NCBI GenBank assembly: GCA_964016885.1
Contig: OZ024740.1
Location: 22,134,001 to 22,198,000, forward strand
From: Eledone cirrhosa
Taxonomy: Eukaryota
Length of the DNA stretch: 64,000 bases
Reading direction: 5' to 3'
Position 1 is the stretch's first letter; each line of letters begins with the position of its first letter. This document shows, piece after piece, positions 29,691 through 39,454 of the stretch. A model generated the notes under the pieces. That model was not told the origin of the DNA. It searched no databases and worked only from the letters and a program-made list of their open reading frames with translations. Both the position numbers and the translations under genes were made by a program.

Positions 29691-31231
29691 CCCGAACAAT
29701 CCTTGTATTCGGCTTATTAACCCTACGAAGTCCGATTTAGGTAGACTTAGTAAAAGGATTTTAGATAGAATTATACCTGAAATTAGAAGTCTGGCCCCTC
29801 TTGCACTGTGGAACAATTCTTTCGCGGTGATTGATTGGTTCAACGGCATATGCAACAAGGAACATTGCCGTTTTATCCAATTCGATATCAATAATTACTA
29901 CTCCTCTATCACTTTATCACTTCTTCTAAGAGCTATCAATTTCACTAAAACGCTGACGGTTGTTAAGGATTTCGAAGTTGATGTCATCCTCAATGCCCGT
30001 AAGTCGGTGATTAATTTCGAGGACTCTATTTGGATAAAAAATCTAATAGTACACCATTCGATGTGAGTATGGGTGCCAGCGATTCTGTGGAGGTTACTGA
30101 TCTTATCGGCATTTCCCTTCTTTTCTCTATCAAGGAAGAATTCCCCAGCGTGGGCGGTGGTTTGTACTGTGATTACGGTCTTTTGACCATGACAAAGCGC
30201 GGCCCACGCGCTTGCGACAGGTTCAGAAAAAAACTTACAGCCTTCTTTAAAGGCTTCAACTTCTCCATACAGGTTGAGGCCAACCTCTCGGTTGTTAATT
30301 ACCTCGACGTTACCCCCAATTTATCGAATGGCTTGCACTACCCACATAGAAAGCCGAATGATACGCTTAATTACATAAGCAAGCATTCTAACCATCCTGC
30401 CAGCATAACCAAGAATCTGGTAAGAAACGTTTCTTTGAGGCTTTCCCGTTTATCTACAAACGAGCATATTTTCTCCGACCATTCCACATATTACAATGAA
30501 GCTCTTGCTCGGAGTGGATTTGTCGATAAGGTAGCATATACCGAATATGAGCATAGACCTAGGAAATATAGATCCCGACGCATTATATGGTATAACCCAC
30601 CATATAATATGGAGGTGGCCACACCATTTGATAAGAACTTTCTCTCCCTTATTATGAAGTATTTCCCCCCAGCACATAAATATAATACAATTTTAAATAG
30701 AAATACCATTAAAATTTCTTACTCTACGACTCCTAACCTTGCACATAACATCACTGCTTCAAATTTAGGTAAATTACCTAGTCGTAGGAACACGTGCAAC
30801 CCTGTAGCTAGTACTATCCGTAATTGTAGGAATCGGGTTGACCGCCCTCAATCCGGGAAATGCCTCTCTAGTAACATTGTCTACAAATATAAGGTTGAGA
30901 CACCCACGTCAATAGATTCAAGCAGCGTCTTTACATGCATACCAATTCTTTTCTTAACCCTTTAAGAAGGAATATGACGTCACTTTCAGCTTATATCTGG
31001 AGTCTAAAAGACAACCTCACCCAATATAGGTTACACTGGGAGATCCTAGCTAAGGTTAAATCGTATAACGGAAATAAAAGACCATGTGACTTCTGCGCCG
31101 CTGAAGCCCCGGGATTACTCTACGCCAATGATCACATCTTAAACAAAAAATCTGAGGCAATTTCGGCTTGTAAGCATAAATTGCACAAAACTTTCCTGTA
31201 TGACAGCCCCACTTTATACCCTAACGGATAG
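29687..31231 (+). pseudogene. 5'-truncated, frameshifted Penelope-like RT plus GIY-YIG
   Basis: RT motifs RLINPTKSDLG, FIQFDINNYYSSI, FDVSMGASDS, GLYCDYGL (decayed YxDD) and YISKHSNHP; then IIWYNPPY, NRNTIKISYS, GKCLSSNIVY, LSAYIWSLKD and CDFC. It starts at a (TA)n tract. Confidence 0.9.
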
Positions 31232-31799
31232 TACGAACAATACGCGGATAATTTACGTCTTTATGTGGTAGCTAAGTATATTTTATGTTTATACCATTAC
31301 TTATTTGTATAGGTAAGTATATATTACCTGTATGTTTTGTGAAGGTACGTATACGTTCTCGTACGTATATTTGCTTGTATTTGTTATAGGCGTATATATT
31401 ATATATATACTGGTACATGTGTATATGGTTATGTGTATACGTGAGTTTTGCGTTTGTGTGTGTGTATGCGGGTTTGCACGTATGTAGGGTGTGTGTATAT
31501 GCGTACTTTGTGTTTTGGTTGACGTATGTTTAGCGAACATATGTGTATTTACATGTAGGTGTGTGTGTGCGCGCGTTATATACGTATTTATGTGTGTATA
31601 TTTATATACGTTTATATAATTATATGTATACGCGCACACACACATGTATATATATATTTTTATATGTTTTATGTGTATTTGGTGTATACGTCGTATGTGT
31701 GCGGGTACAGGTGTTGCGTGGGTTTTTGTAAGTGTGCGCGTGTCTTTGTGTACGTGCCTGTATTTGCATACCAATGGCGAGTGTTTTCGCGTATGCATG

Positions 31800-32500
31800 T
31801 GTATTTAATTATTGTTGATTTCAATAACCTCTGTAATTTATTTACATTATTCTTAACTCTGACGCCGAGAATCATTCGGTTTCCTAAATAGAATTTTAGT
31901 CTACGACTTAACGTGGTTATGTCTTTGCGTGTAATTGTTCTCTCGTTCAACATAATGTATTATCTTCGTTTTTTGCGTTCATTGCCAGGGAACGTCTCCA
32001 CGAACCACCTAATAGAATATTAGTCTACGACTTCATTTATACCATGAACGTGGTTTTGTCTTTGCGTGTAATTGTTTTCACCGCACCAAATAATTGTTTC
32101 TACTTGTGGCACAAGGCCAGCAATTATCCCAGTGTATTACTGGTACTTTATTTTATCAACCCCTTAAGGATGAAAGGCAAAGTTAACCTCGGCGGGATTT
32201 GAACTCAGACCGTAAAGAGACGTAACTCTTTTTTGCTGCAAAGCATGCGTCCGACCCTCTACCGATACTGCCAATCCACCGCACCAAATAATGACGTATT
32301 ATCTTCGTTTTTTCCCGTTCTTTGCCAGGGAACGTTTCCACGAACCAAAGTATCGTCTTCCTGTCTTCCTTCGGTTGCAACGTTTTTAGAAATATTTACT
32401 TCTGCGTTCATAGATTGATTTTTTTAGTTTCAGAAGATCCCGTTAAGGGTGAAAGCAACGATTCTTTCCTTAAACTTTAATCTGTTATTTTAATAAATAT
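31800..32500 (-). mobile_element. Partial Helitron copy (family of 19808-20753) interrupted by a SINE at 32092-32282
   Basis: Similar to 17900-18195 and to the reverse complement of 19810-20150. The SINE is flanked by the repeated CACCGCACCAAATAAT. Confidence 0.75.
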
Positions 32501-32770
32501 TTGCTCTACGGTTCCTATATATCCTAAACGGACGGTAGTCCATTTAGTAATATTGTTGTGGTCGTGTTTTCGTTGGCAATCGTCTGTTTACGACAGTACA
32601 GCGCGGCTCTACTTTATTTAACTGAGATAAAACTTATATGAGCATGAACAGTAGATCATTACGCATCTTTTGGCTTAACAATCTAGAAATTTGGTCCAGC
32701 GGGAAAAAGTTTATAATCAAAGTTTGCTGATAAATCTTGTGTTCAAGTGAGTGAGTAGTAAGCGTGACGC

Positions 32771-32901
32771 TAGGGGAGGTAATCCAGAAATGACGAATTT
32801 TTTTCGGCGGAACTCTTGTGATTGTGATTACGTTAGTCAAATGTAGTCAAATCGCCGAATCCCCTCCTCGTAATTGACTACGTCATTTCTGAACGGCCCT
32901 A
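32771..32901. mobile_element. Possible small MITE with imperfect TIRs
   Basis: TAGGGG..CAGAAATGACG at the left end and CGTCATTTCTGAACGGCCCTA at the right end. Confidence 0.35.
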
Positions 32902-33460
32902 CTTGCGTCAGTGTGAAACATTACTTCACTTTTCACTGCTTAAATGCTTTTTAAATACTTCGTTAAAAATTTATGTTTATTATCAAAGCTATTTTTTGTA
33001 CCAATCTATCAATAGTTTGCGAAAATATAGGTAAACATGTGAGTTAAATTTTTTTTAATCGCATCGATCGCTTTGTCGCACCGACTGTGCCACTGTCTGA
33101 CTGACACCTTTGTCGGACCGACACCTTTGTTCAAGCGGACAACTTTGTGTCACTGACACCTTTGTTCGTGCCGGCATCTCTGCGAAACACCGATGACAAC
33201 AACCAGACCAAAATTTCACTTCATTCTTCATTCTTCTTCAAGACCGATCGCCGACCGATCGTATCGGTTGCTCTTCATATACCAGGTATTCAACAGATAG
33301 TTTGCACTTCTAGTATTATTAACAGTCGTGCGATTTTTTGTACCGATAGGTGCGAATAGTGCGCTATATTTTTGTACCGATAGGTGCGAATAGTGCGATA
33401 GGTGCGAATAGTGTACAATATTTTCTGAGATTTGCATCCACTAATTTCGCTTAATTAAAA

Positions 33461-34255
33461 ATGATGTTTCGCGGCTTTTTGATCGGTTTATTCATTTTTT
33501 CCATGGCACGGAAATGGAGTATTTCCATTTCGAATCAAAACTTTTCACTAAAATCGGGCAATTGGACTGATCAAATTCACATTCATGCCAGTTTTTACAA
33601 ATCCATAATTAGAAATGTGGCGAAATCGAATGACCAGAGGTATAACAATATTACTTCAAATGTATTTACTTTTCATACCAACAAAAATACTTAGATATTT
33701 TGTATACCTGGGGCCCGTCAGGGCCAGGTAATGTTAATCGCCAACATTGTTATCTGTTGTCCTTTTGTGAAAGTATTGGTGGTTCATGTCGGCTCTAATG
33801 ATCTGAATCCTCGTCGCACCGTTGGCACTACAAAGCTGTGCAAAGTAATACAATAATTTTTGCTCAAGTATTTTTTATTAATCATTTATTTGTAAATTAA
33901 GGACAAAGTGCCCATTCGAGGCACAAAACCGGAAAAACAGGGGAAGAGTCTCTTTGCAAGGCTACAGAAAATAGCGGAAAAGCACCACTGTACACCCATT
34001 TTCTACAGTGGTGTCATTCCACGTCCACAAAGTGTAATTGAAAATAAAAATGACTTGGGCAAGAGAAATTCTCGTTTGGAAAAGTTTAATTACTGCATGA
34101 AAGAAATGATTCAAAAATTGAACTTGCCCAATCTTCACAACATTGAAAATTGGTCAAAATTTGACAAATCTGACTTCAAACCAGATATGATTCATTTGAA
34201 CAATGTTGGAAATCTTAAATTGACACAAATTTCTGCCAATGTTTTTGCCACCTGA
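33461..34255 (+). CDS. SGNH/GDSL hydrolase-like gene or pseudogene, apparently spliced
   Basis: One reading frame holds KSIIRNV (block I), FCIPGAR (II), VVHVGSNDL (III), SGVIPR and PDMIHLNNVG (V). There is a 57-nt GT..AG phase-0 intron at 33845-33901, a TAG at 33692-33694 (stop or acceptor) and AATAAA at ~34293. Confidence 0.7.
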
Positions 34256-34435
34256 TCCTTGTTCTATGGCTGACTGACTAATTTTGTGACTTAATAAAAT
34301 GTCATCATACTAGTAATGCACAATGGTCATTTTTAAATTTAAATTTTATTAAATAGTTGTTGCTTGCATTGCCTTAAAATAGTAACAAGAATGTACACAT
34401 ACTTTTTAAAAATACATCATTATCAGTCAAATCAG

Positions 34436-34795
34436 TCAAATATCACTAAAAGCCAGGTGGTCGATAACAACTTCTATAAGATTAGTTACATGCTCACACA
34501 TTGGATCACCTCTCATCAATGGCATTGGGTGTCTGAGATAATCGTGGAGATAACTGATGAAGTCACAAATGAAGTGATGGTCTTCCAGTGTGAGCAACTC
34601 CCTATATCCATTGATATATGTGATGGCTTCCGATTCATAGGTGCATTTTATGAGGAATTCCATGCATCCAATTTTCAGTGATTCAATGGGCATTTTATCA
34701 GAGATGATAAGGTATTTGACCACGTTTTGCTTTGTAAGTAAATTGGAGAGAATCACTGCAGTCAAAGTCATTTCTTTGCATGGGTTTTTGTCCAT
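34436..34795 (-). CDS. Small ORF/exon resembling a BTB-associated BACK/SPOP C-terminal helix region
   Basis: LTKQNVVKYLIISDKMPIESLKIGCMEFL resembles the LxxxNxxxxLxxAxxxxxxxLKxxCxxFI pattern. It is preceded by a 43-nt consensus intron GTAAGT..TTTTAACTGTTTAG (34839-34797). Confidence 0.45.
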   Translation of the reverse strand: MDKNPCKEMTLTAVILSNLLTKQNVVKYLIISDKMPIESLKIGCMEFLIKCTYESEAITYINGYRELLTLEDHHFICDFISYLHDYLRHPMPLMRGDPMCEHVTNLIEVVIDHLAFSDI

Positions 34796-35068
34796 TCTAA
34801 ACAGTTAAAATGATAAAGTATTACTACTATATAACTTACATCTATTGTTGTAACACCATTGAAATGCACAAGTTTCACCAATTCACTATTATGCACTAAT
34901 CATCTCAAATGCATTCATGATTTACTAGCTTTGTCATTAAGCCAGTTGCCTCAACTAGATTGCAATTATACTCAAAAGAACTTTAAAATGTCAATCACTT
35001 GTCAGTAATTCACTATGATCATTTAATTATTAGATAGTTGTTGCTTGCATTGCCTTAAAAAATAGTAG

Positions 35069-36163
35069 ACCAGATAGAAAAATGCGTACAGCAAAAAAAA
35101 GTAATATTGTTGGAATATAAACCTTTAAAAATACAGGACAAGAAACTAAAATAAAACTTTAAAAGAATAGGACAAGAAACTAAGATAAAACTTTAAAAGA
35201 ATAGGACAAGAAACTAAGATAAAACTTTAAAGAATTGGACAAGAAATAAAAAAATTTACAATAATATTAGTGGCCAAATTTTTTTATTCGTTTCCTGTGC
35301 TATGCCCCAGTATCTTCTTGATTAGTGCATAATAATTGTCATGCTCTCATTGTGCGTTGCCCTGAGCGGTTGGTTCTGGTTGGGGTTGGTTGGCTGAGCA
35401 GTTCTGCTCCGTCAGAATGACCATTGCAAGAAGAATTGGCCGATGCAGCTGCAGGTCTCCTCCAAGAATGCACTTCTGGTCCCGCAACACCAGACGAAGA
35501 TGGAGAAGACGACCGGGACAAGATGTCGACTCTGACCACCGACTACGGCACCTCCCTCAACCACCGGTCCTCCCTCCCTCTGTCCCGTCATCCCTCCAGT
35601 CCTCCTGCTCCCCCTTCCTGTACCAGAAAGCTGTGGCACGCATTCATCTGGACTGCTGGACTTGAACTCAAGGACAAGATGCAAGGAGAAGATGGACGGG
35701 TTGGTCAAGATCAAGGATGAGCGGGACAACAAGACCGTCCGCTGCTGCTCAAGATCTGTGCTCATGGGCGCATGGGTCCATTCAAATTATGCATGACACA
35801 TGAGGCGTGTCGCCGAATGATGAAATAGGGGTATGGTTATGGCCCAATTGGTGTTCAAACCAGGATCAAATGATCTCCCCGGTCTGACGACGACCTCTGA
35901 ATGTGGAACCCAGAGCCTATGAATGCGGAACTCGATTTTTTACCAATAAAAATTTTGCCACTAATATTATTGTAAAATTTTTTATTTCTTGTCCAATTCT
36001 TTAAAGATTTATCTTAGTTTCTTGTCCTATTCTTTTAAAGTTTTATCTTAGTTTCTTGTCCTATTCTTTTAAAGTTTTATTTTAGTTTCTTGTCCTGTAT
36101 TTTTAAAGGTTTATATTCCAACAATATTACTTTTTTTTTGCTGTACGCATTTTTCTATCTGGT
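35069..36163. repeat. Foldback: ~220-bp inverted arms containing 34-bp tandem subrepeats around a ~655-bp GC-richer core
   Basis: ACCAGATAGAAAAATGCGTACAGC.. pairs with ..GCTGTACGCATTTTTCTATCTGGT. (AGGACAAGAAACTAAGATAAAACTTTAAAAGAAT)x3-4 lies in each arm. Confidence 0.9.
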
Positions 36164-36217
36164 TTGATATATATTCATCCTTATCAAGCCCTCTTTGGAT
36201 TTTAGTCGTCAAATTTA

Positions 36218-36256
<39 letters not shown>

Positions 36257-36257
<1 letters not shown>

Positions 36258-39200
36258 AGTTGCATTTATCTTGCTTTATGTTCATACGAGTTATCACCAA
36301 GTCACAACCAGTGACCTCAAGAGACAACAAGGTCCACCATGTTCAAGAAAGAACATACATACTCACACATGCATCTTTAGTGTTTAGACTTGTGATGTAC
36401 TTATATTGACAGAATCTTCCTTAGTATATGGGCAGTTCCCATTAGTACTATCTTTTGTATTTCTCCTATACGCGGATTTCCTGGGATTTGCGATAAGTAA
36501 TCATTAGACCCCTTAGGTATCATTCCCAGAGCGCCTACAACCACTGGTATTGTTTTAGTTCTCAATTTCCACATTTTTCCAATTTCTATCTCCAGGTCCT
36601 TATACTTGCTCAATTTTTCAAATGTTTTTATAGATACATTCTTGTCTATTGGAACAGACATATCAATTAGCAGGCATACCCTCTTTTGAAAGTCCTTCAA
36701 TATTATATCAGGTCTATTTGCATCTATTTTTCGGTCTGTTTGGATGCTAAAGTTCCACAAGATTGAGATGTGATCTTTTTCAAGTATGGGAGGTGGTTGA
36801 TGCTCCCACCAATTCTTTTGATGGGGCAGGTCAAAATGCTTACACATTATCCAATGTATGTATTGTGCAGCTCTGTCATGCCTGTTTAGGTATTCGGTTG
36901 GAGCTATAGGACTGCACATTGAAATTATATGGTCAATGGTCTCTGGTTGTTTTTTGCATACACGGCATAATGGGCTGCATCCATTTTTTATTATGTTGGC
37001 TTGGTAATTTTTTGTTGGCAGACACTGATCTTGTGCTGATATAGTCAGTCCTTCAGTCTCCGATTTCAGTCCAGAGGATGCCAGCCACTGATGGGTTAAA
37101 GTTTTGTCAACATCAGGATTGTTAGCTCGCTCTGGGTATTTTCCATACAGAGGCTTTTCTTGCCATTTCTTAGCCAGTTTCTCTAGCAGTTCTTTCTTTG
37201 CAGTTACTTTTACCTGCTTTGCTTTTTCTGTGTTTTCCATTTCAGCAGTAAATGGGACTTCTGAAATTTGTAGTCCATTACTGTATCTTTGTGCATCTTT
37301 TGTAATGGAATATGATCTTTTGGTGCTTTCGTGTTTCAAAACGAGTTTGATCATCCAATCATGTGATTCCCTTAGATATGTAGATAATCCAATTGTTGCA
37401 GTTTTCAACGCAATGTCTAACTGGATTAACCCACGTCCCCCTTCTTTCCTAGGGAGATATATTCTATCTATATCTGCCTTAGGGTGATGCATTCTGTGCA
37501 TGGTTAAGAATTTTCGAATTTTTGTATCGAGCCTACGGATCTCTGTGCTTGACCAGTTGATGACATTGTAACTGTAGGTTACTACTGGTATGGCAAGCGT
37601 GTTTATGGCATCGATCCTATTCCTTGCATTCAATTCCGTTCTTAAGATTGCTCTTACTCTGCGGTAACATTCCTTCCTTATCCTTTCCCTCATTGTCGAG
37701 TGCTTGATTCCGTCTCCTTCACAAACACCTAGATATTTGTAAGTTTTTTCTTGATCAAGTTCTCTTATCACGTTCCCCCGATCAAGATTAATGTCTAAAC
37801 TCTTCAGCAGCTTTCCTCTGGTGAACGTTGCTTTGGCGCATTTATCTAGTCCAAACTCCATTTTAATGTCATCACTGAACTGCTCCACAGTGGATAATAG
37901 CCCTTGCAATTGTTCATCATTTTTTGCAAATAGTTTCAGGTCATCCATGTAGAACAAGTGATTAATGGTTTTGTCATAGGCTTTATATCCATGTTTTGTT
38001 TCATTGGGCATCTTACTTAATGGTATAAGTGCGATGCAGAATAAAAGCGGTGATAAAGAGTCACCCTGAAAAATTCCACAATAAATATTAACTTCTCCAG
38101 CTTCCAGTGATTTTGTTTCACTATTCAAAAGGAGTGTCGTTTTCCATGTCTTCATACTGAATGACAAAATCCTCCTGACAACGGGGGATATTTTGAAAAT
38201 CTCTAAACATTTTTCAATCCAACTGTGTGGCAAACTATCAAATGCTTTTTTATAATCTATCCAAGCAATCGATAGATTTTTGTGTCTATTATGAAAATCT
38301 TCCAGTATCATTTTGTTAACCAAAAGCTGATCCTTACAGCCATATGAGCCTCGTTTACACCCTTTCTGCTCAATGGGAAATAAGTCATTTGTTATCAGGT
38401 GGTCATATGTGTATTCAGTTAGGACTGATGTTAAAATTTTATACATTGTGGTCAAGCAAGTTATCGGTCTGTAATTTTTGGGATTCTTTGTCTCATCATT
38501 CTTCGGAAGCAGGAATGTAATGCCGTTAACTAGCCATGATGGTATCTTTTCTGGCTCCTTAACTATTTCATTGTAAAGTTGGGCTAACAGCTCATGAGAC
38601 TCTGTGAAGGCATTTATCAAAAAATTTTGTATTTTGTCTTTTCCTGGGGATTTCCATTTGCTGGTTTTTCTTAGAGCCAAGCGCAACTGTTCAACTGTTA
38701 TATTTTCCCATATTTGTTCCTCAAGGTGAGCTGTATCTTTCATTTGTCTGTCTATCCATGGGGCATGTATGTTATGAACTTTTTCTTCGGCCCAGATCTT
38801 TTCCCAGAATTCTTGCACTTCCTCCTTGGGTGGTATTGATTTAGCAGTTATTGTTGACTTACCAATTTTTCTGTAGAAGTTTCTTTGGTTGTTTTTGAAC
38901 ATATTATTGTCCTTATAGAATCTAGATCGTTTTTCAAAGCGCCTTATACGAGCAGCTTTGGCCGACACTTTTTGCTTGATTATTTCTATCAGCATGTCTA
39001 TGTCACTTGTTGATTTTATACTGTACTTTCTTTTCAATTTTCTAAGTTTAGTTTGTTTAACATGTTCACCTACTTTATAGTTTGTTAAAATTTCTATGTC
39101 AGATCGGAGAAGGTTTATTTGGCGATTGATGTTCTCTTGCCAAGTAGATTTCTTGTGGGAATTCCTTTGTTTTTTCATCTTCACTCCACATAAGTGAGTG

Positions 39201-39403
39201 GTGACTTTAGCCGATGCATAATAGAGATGATTTAAATCTGTAATGTTTAGTTTGTTTGTGATGATAATGTTTTTGAGAATTATGTTAGTCTTGTGTATTA
39301 TCTTTTGGTTCTGTTTGGAGTTCTGGATCTTAGGGAGGGTGTCTAGTTGCCCCATGTCAGATTCTTTCATTTTCATCCATTCGATCATAATTTCATCCTT
39401 CAA

Positions 39404-39404
<1 letters not shown>
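36257..39404 (-). mobile_element. R4/Dong-type non-LTR retrotransposon, 5'-truncated, inserted in (TAA)n
   Basis: Flanked by (ATT)n at 36221-36256 and 39405-39450. It encodes RT plus a restriction-like endonuclease. Confidence 0.9.
36401..39403 (-). CDS. RT + CCHC zinc finger + restriction-like endonuclease (1000 aa, uninterrupted, N-terminally truncated)
   Basis: KSPGKD, NYRPITCL, WIDYKKAFDS, GIFQGDSLSP, HLFYMDDLKL, CRVC..ETIDHIISMC, RHD, RPDII and EKLSKY. Confidence 0.95.
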   Translation of the reverse strand: MKDEIMIEWMKMKESDMGQLDTLPKIQNSKQNQKIIHKTNIILKNIIITNKLNITDLNHLYYASAKVTTHLCGVKMKKQRNSHKKSTWQENINRQINLLRSDIEILTNYKVGEHVKQTKLRKLKRKYSIKSTSDIDMLIEIIKQKVSAKAARIRRFEKRSRFYKDNNMFKNNQRNFYRKIGKSTITAKSIPPKEEVQEFWEKIWAEEKVHNIHAPWIDRQMKDTAHLEEQIWENITVEQLRLALRKTSKWKSPGKDKIQNFLINAFTESHELLAQLYNEIVKEPEKIPSWLVNGITFLLPKNDETKNPKNYRPITCLTTMYKILTSVLTEYTYDHLITNDLFPIEQKGCKRGSYGCKDQLLVNKMILEDFHNRHKNLSIAWIDYKKAFDSLPHSWIEKCLEIFKISPVVRRILSFSMKTWKTTLLLNSETKSLEAGEVNIYCGIFQGDSLSPLLFCIALIPLSKMPNETKHGYKAYDKTINHLFYMDDLKLFAKNDEQLQGLLSTVEQFSDDIKMEFGLDKCAKATFTRGKLLKSLDINLDRGNVIRELDQEKTYKYLGVCEGDGIKHSTMRERIRKECYRRVRAILRTELNARNRIDAINTLAIPVVTYSYNVINWSSTEIRRLDTKIRKFLTMHRMHHPKADIDRIYLPRKEGGRGLIQLDIALKTATIGLSTYLRESHDWMIKLVLKHESTKRSYSITKDAQRYSNGLQISEVPFTAEMENTEKAKQVKVTAKKELLEKLAKKWQEKPLYGKYPERANNPDVDKTLTHQWLASSGLKSETEGLTISAQDQCLPTKNYQANIIKNGCSPLCRVCKKQPETIDHIISMCSPIAPTEYLNRHDRAAQYIHWIMCKHFDLPHQKNWWEHQPPPILEKDHISILWNFSIQTDRKIDANRPDIILKDFQKRVCLLIDMSVPIDKNVSIKTFEKLSKYKDLEIEIGKMWKLRTKTIPVVVGALGMIPKGSNDYLSQIPGNPRIGEIQKIVLMGTAHILRKILSI

Positions 39405-39448
<44 letters not shown>

Positions 39449-39454
39449 GTTATT

